Assembly (NCBI GenBank): GCA_012295275.1
Contig: CM022672.1
Coordinates: 17,856,001 to 17,920,000 of the forward strand
Reading direction: 5' to 3'
DNA: 64,000 nt
DNA from: Chrysomallon squamiferum
Lineage: Eukaryota > Animalia > Mollusca
Shown here: piece after piece, positions 59,454 to 64,000 of the stretch
Numbering within the stretch: position 1 is the first letter of the stretch
Layout: each line of letters begins with the position of its first letter
Translations under genes and position numbers: made by a program
Notes under the pieces: generated by a model
What the model was told of the DNA's origin: nothing
What the model saw: only the letters and a program-made list of their open reading frames with translations
Database searches by the model: none

Positions 59454-60640
59454 TTCAATAAGATATATTTTTAATCTAGGGCAATGACTTTAAAAGTTAT
59501 TTTCGACCACATTTTAAATAATGCATATTTGCGAAGAAACCACTAATGCAGTTTACACTACTGTAATAATAAAAAAAAAAAAAAAAAAAAAAAATATGAT
59601 GCGGTTATTTTCGGCATGTCAAAGTAGCCTCGCATGTTTACCCACCTCCACGTTTTTACGTATATCAGCTTATTGCTTCTTTTTTTTTTTTTTACTTTAT
59701 TAATTTAGACCCCACGGACTCGCAGTGTCAAAACACGTGTATCGTGTGTGAATGATCTGTAGAAATATGTCTAAATGCTTACATAGACGGATTAGTAATT
59801 GTTTATTCAGTAATGGAAATTGTTCATTCATCTGGGTTTTGAATAATAATTAAAAAAAAAAAAATGTACTTTTACTGTGTGCACGTGTTAATGGTATTAA
59901 AGATGCAGTAGAAGTAATATATCAACACAATTACGTTCATCAACTATCCTCTGTGCAAAATTCATAGAACACTTTTTTTTTTTTCTTGTTTATTTTTAGG
60001 AAAACATTGAATAATTGTTTTCATATGAATTAATTAGGTTAAATATATACTCACATGCTTTTGTGTATAATTAAATAAATAAAAAATAAATAACGTATGA
60101 AAAAAATCACTAATACGTTTTTTATAGTCAGGAGAATAATAAATACTATATAAGTGTGTATGTTTATGAATGCATGATAACGGTAAATAAAAGATTATAT
60201 TAAAATATAAATAAGCTAAATAGTAGTAACAGCACTAACGGTAATCTTATTAAATATTAATAATAATTAAAAATATATATTTATATATAAAATTTTGAAC
60301 AACATTCGTTACGGATTTCTTAGTTAATGTATTTAAAAAAAATATTAAATTTTAATTGTTTTAATTTTTTTTTGAAATATAAAACTTTCTTTACAGAAAA
60401 AAAATACAAAAACAATAACTAAAACATGTAATTAAAACAAAAATACTAGAAACAACATTTACTACCTGATTTTGTTTGACTTTATGCAAAATCATTTTCG
60501 TTTTATTTAATTTCAAATGCGGCGCCAAAGAACATGACGTCATCGATTTGTTTGCGGAATTAATTTCCGACTTTGACAGTTTCATAAATCAAAATTTTAA
60601 TTTTCAATGTTAATAACTAAATAAATAAATTAATTAATTA

Positions 60641-60643
<3 letters not shown>

Positions 60644-60736
<93 letters not shown>
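60644..60736. repeat. Palindromic (AAT)n-(ATT)n microsatellite
   Basis: An (AAT) array is directly followed by its reverse complement with no spacer. Confidence 0.9.
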
Positions 60737-60738
<2 letters not shown>

Positions 60739-60831
60739 TCACAATTATTAAATAAATAAAATACCAGTTATAATTCGTCCCAGCAATATTGCGTGGTTAG
60801 GTCTATTAACAGTTTCCACTAGTATATATAT

Positions 60832-60834
<3 letters not shown>

Positions 60835-60889
<55 letters not shown>
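60835..60889. repeat. (CT)n microsatellite
   Basis: Visible. Confidence 0.95.
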
Positions 60890-60892
<3 letters not shown>

Positions 60893-62317
60893 CATTCAGG
60901 CAGTTACTTTCTGTTTACGTGATCATAACAACTTTCAACTGTAATTACTATTACCTCCACGTATTGCATCACCAAGTGTGAAACCAATACAACCAGCAGG
61001 TGCTAAAATTTACATCATTATTACGTCATTTTACATTTGACAAGCTTTATGTATATAACTAATCAGAAAATTATGACGATTTTATTAATGTTACGTGAAA
61101 AAAAAAAAAAAAAAAAAAAAAATATTATTATTATTATTATTATTATTATTGTTTTAATTATTTTAACCCCAACGTTTACCCTTCAGGCGACCTTTCGTAG
61201 CTGAGCATCAACCCAACAATACAAGAAAGAAAGAAAGAAAGAAAAAAAAAAAAACACAGAAAAAAACTGTTATGGTCATTGTCCGCCAGACCTCGATGTA
61301 ATTTATTATCTACTAATATACTCAGTCAGGTAAATAAGTGTACGTGTGTGTCCAATACCGGTACACTTCTCCGTGGGGCCTTGCTCCCTGGCATCCGCTC
61401 AACACGTGATCAGCGAATGTCCAGGCTGTGCATCACAAATACGGGCACCCAATGGGTTCCGAACAAAATGTGTTTACGTCTCATTTGACCAACAGAAAGA
61501 AAGTTCGATTAAATTACGGATAAACTGTTCAGGCTTATCTTGGGCTATCTCGGTCTTATTCCGTATGATGTAGGCCTATATATATAGTAATATATCATTA
61601 CGGCAATGAATTTTCACGCCTCGAAAGAAGCCTGTCTGTTACGATTTGATGTACCTTTGATCGTATTTGTACTCCATTCTTCTATATTGAATCTTCTTTC
61701 AGATTTTTTTTTTTTTTTTTTTTTTTTTCCTTTGGCCTCCTTGAAAGAAAAAGAACACACGTTATGAAATAGTTGTTGATTTTGTTTGTGAGTACACAAA
61801 AACAACATATTAACATTCTTATAACGGTGTGTGTTTGTGTGTGTATGTCTATATATAAACTAAAGGAGTGGAATAGAATGTGAATGAGTTGGAGGTGTTA
61901 TGTTGTAGTGGGTGTAACTTCCAACATTAGCTGAATGTCTTTATACAGAGAGACTGAGAGAGATATTCGCAAATGTCCGAAGAGAAAGCTTAAACGTATA
62001 TTTCCTGAGGGAGATTTTTCTGCCAATTTAACTAGCACGTAATATATCACTTTGCCAGCCATCTCTACTCATCTGGCATTTGGTGTCAAACGTTTAATGG
62101 ACATAATAAAATCATTATACTGATAATCATCCCTGTTATACTTGGTAACAGTAAAAAGAGTTGGCCACTTTGAAAATAAAATAGCTGTTCTGTCAAGTTA
62201 CTGAAATATAATAAATAATATAACGTATTGTTAACTATTAAATTACTCTTATAATATTGTAACTGCTACATTCAATTACCGTTGTAACTAATACTAAATT
62301 AGCTATGTCTTCTTTCT

Positions 62318-62355
<38 letters not shown>

Positions 62356-63214
62356 TGAAATTAATACTGTTTCCCTAAACGTTTCTCTTCTACTGTTTCT
62401 ACAGAAGATTATAGAGTAATTTATAACAAAAGCCGTGGAACTGGTACGAAACAGCGTTTCCAGAAACTAGGTCGCCAGCCGCGCATTTGTGAAGAAAACA
62501 ATAAAATAGGTCGCACACGTTCTGTTGACCTAATTCGTAAACAAGGTCACGGGAGATTTGTGTGTCACGGTTTCGGAAGGGTTATTTGATTGTTACGTAA
62601 TACTTTCATTAGTTACCTGTTTTAATTATTTATGTTAATTTAAAATAAAACAGATGCTGTTTTTAATCAGTTGTGGGTTGTTTTTTTTTTTTGTTTTTTT
62701 TTTCCCGGCAATTCGACAGGGATGTTTTGTGTCTCGTAATTTCATGGATCTTTTCTCTGTATATTTATAAACACGTTAATTTTATGTTACGTGTATTAAT
62801 TTGTTGTTGAATGTATACTTTTTGTGGTATGTACATGTGTTTGTGTCATTGTACGTTGTTATTTTGAACCCTAGATCTGACACGAAAACAGATAACGTTG
62901 TTTATTAAGGATATAGTATCCAGAAAAATAACTTGCAAAACAGTTTGTTTCTGACCTACTTAGGAAGCAAAGCAAAGAGAAACAATACGATCAACAATAA
63001 CAAAACACCTTATTTCAAGTGACATTATACTGTGATGTAACACTATATAACTGTTACTTATTTATTATTTATTTATGTAACAAACAACCTGTTTTGCTAT
63101 TACACGCAGTCAAGTGTACCTCAAAACTAATTCTTTTTTTTTTTTTTTTTTTTTTTTTCTTGAAAAGCAAAATCTGTCCTTACATATGTAAATAGTTACT
63201 TTTTAAATTAAAAG

Positions 63215-63249
<35 letters not shown>

Positions 63250-63879
63250 ATTAATACCTCAACAAAAGGCAGAATTACTTTTTCTGAAGTCTGTTTTAAA
63301 AGACGCCTTTGTCTTCTTCAGTTTTCGGTGTCGCTATACATCTATCTATCCCTCTATCTGTTTCAGGTCAAAGGTCACTTCTAGTTTAACGTTTCTACGC
63401 CTGACAGCATCTACTTCATCATTCTACATACCCCAGCTGCTTTATTTTCATTAACTTTTATACCCACTCAAATACACGGCTTAAATGAACCCCATGCTAT
63501 GGAGTTATTATCGTCAACACATCGTGCTGTGTTGCTGTCATTATTAGCACCGACTACAACATTCTCAATGATGTTTACCAATTTGTACCTCACCATGGTG
63601 TTAAGAGATTGGTCTGATAGTGTTGAAGTATTTTTTTTTTTTTTATTTATTTAATATTAAACATGCTTACAAATAAGACAGGAAATTGAAGGTGGTTGTT
63701 CTGTCTGATTTTTATATATTATATCACATACCTAAGTGCACACGTATATATGCCATATGTAACATATACAAAAATTATGTATTTGTCTTTGTGTATGTGT
63801 GTGTGTGTGTTTGTGTGTATGTTTTGTGTTTGTTTTAAGTTTGATATGGCATATTTATGTATGTATGTGTGTGTGTGTG

Positions 63880-63930
<51 letters not shown>

Positions 63931-64000
63931 GTATGTTAAAATGTGATTATTTTTATTTGTATGTCTTTCTAACAGCAATGAAAACTATTCAAAATTTTCT

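Overview
AT-rich, microsatellite- and homopolymer-rich eukaryotic DNA, most consistent with an invertebrate animal (a mollusc-like lophotrochozoan is an inference). I read three protein-coding genes. (1) Tankyrase (TNKS) on the minus strand, 35592->15535, with 28 traceable GT-AG exons in consistent phase covering the ankyrin-repeat clusters, SAM and PARP domains. Its PARP catalytic core at ~17720-17841 is broken: the segment NERMLFHG-SPF..HKGFDERHAYIGGMFGA survives only as fragments beside an (AAAAC)n array and a corrupted duplicate exon, so this is either an assembly artefact or a catalytically dead form. (2) GINS4/SLD5 on the plus strand, 36399->56778, 7 coding exons, 220 aa, head-to-head with TNKS across 806 bp carrying E2F/DRE-like motifs. 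Its last intron is 16.1 kb and unusually rich in nuclear-receptor half-site arrays. (3) A single-coding-exon 371-aa orphan secreted protein (58063-59178, minus) with a 6-Cys N-terminal module and a Lys/Glu/Asn-rich tail. The first ~8 kb look like a long 3' UTR of a plus-strand gene outside the window, and the last ~5 kb are CpG-rich and regulatory-looking. Most short ORFs in the track are low-complexity noise or exon fragments.
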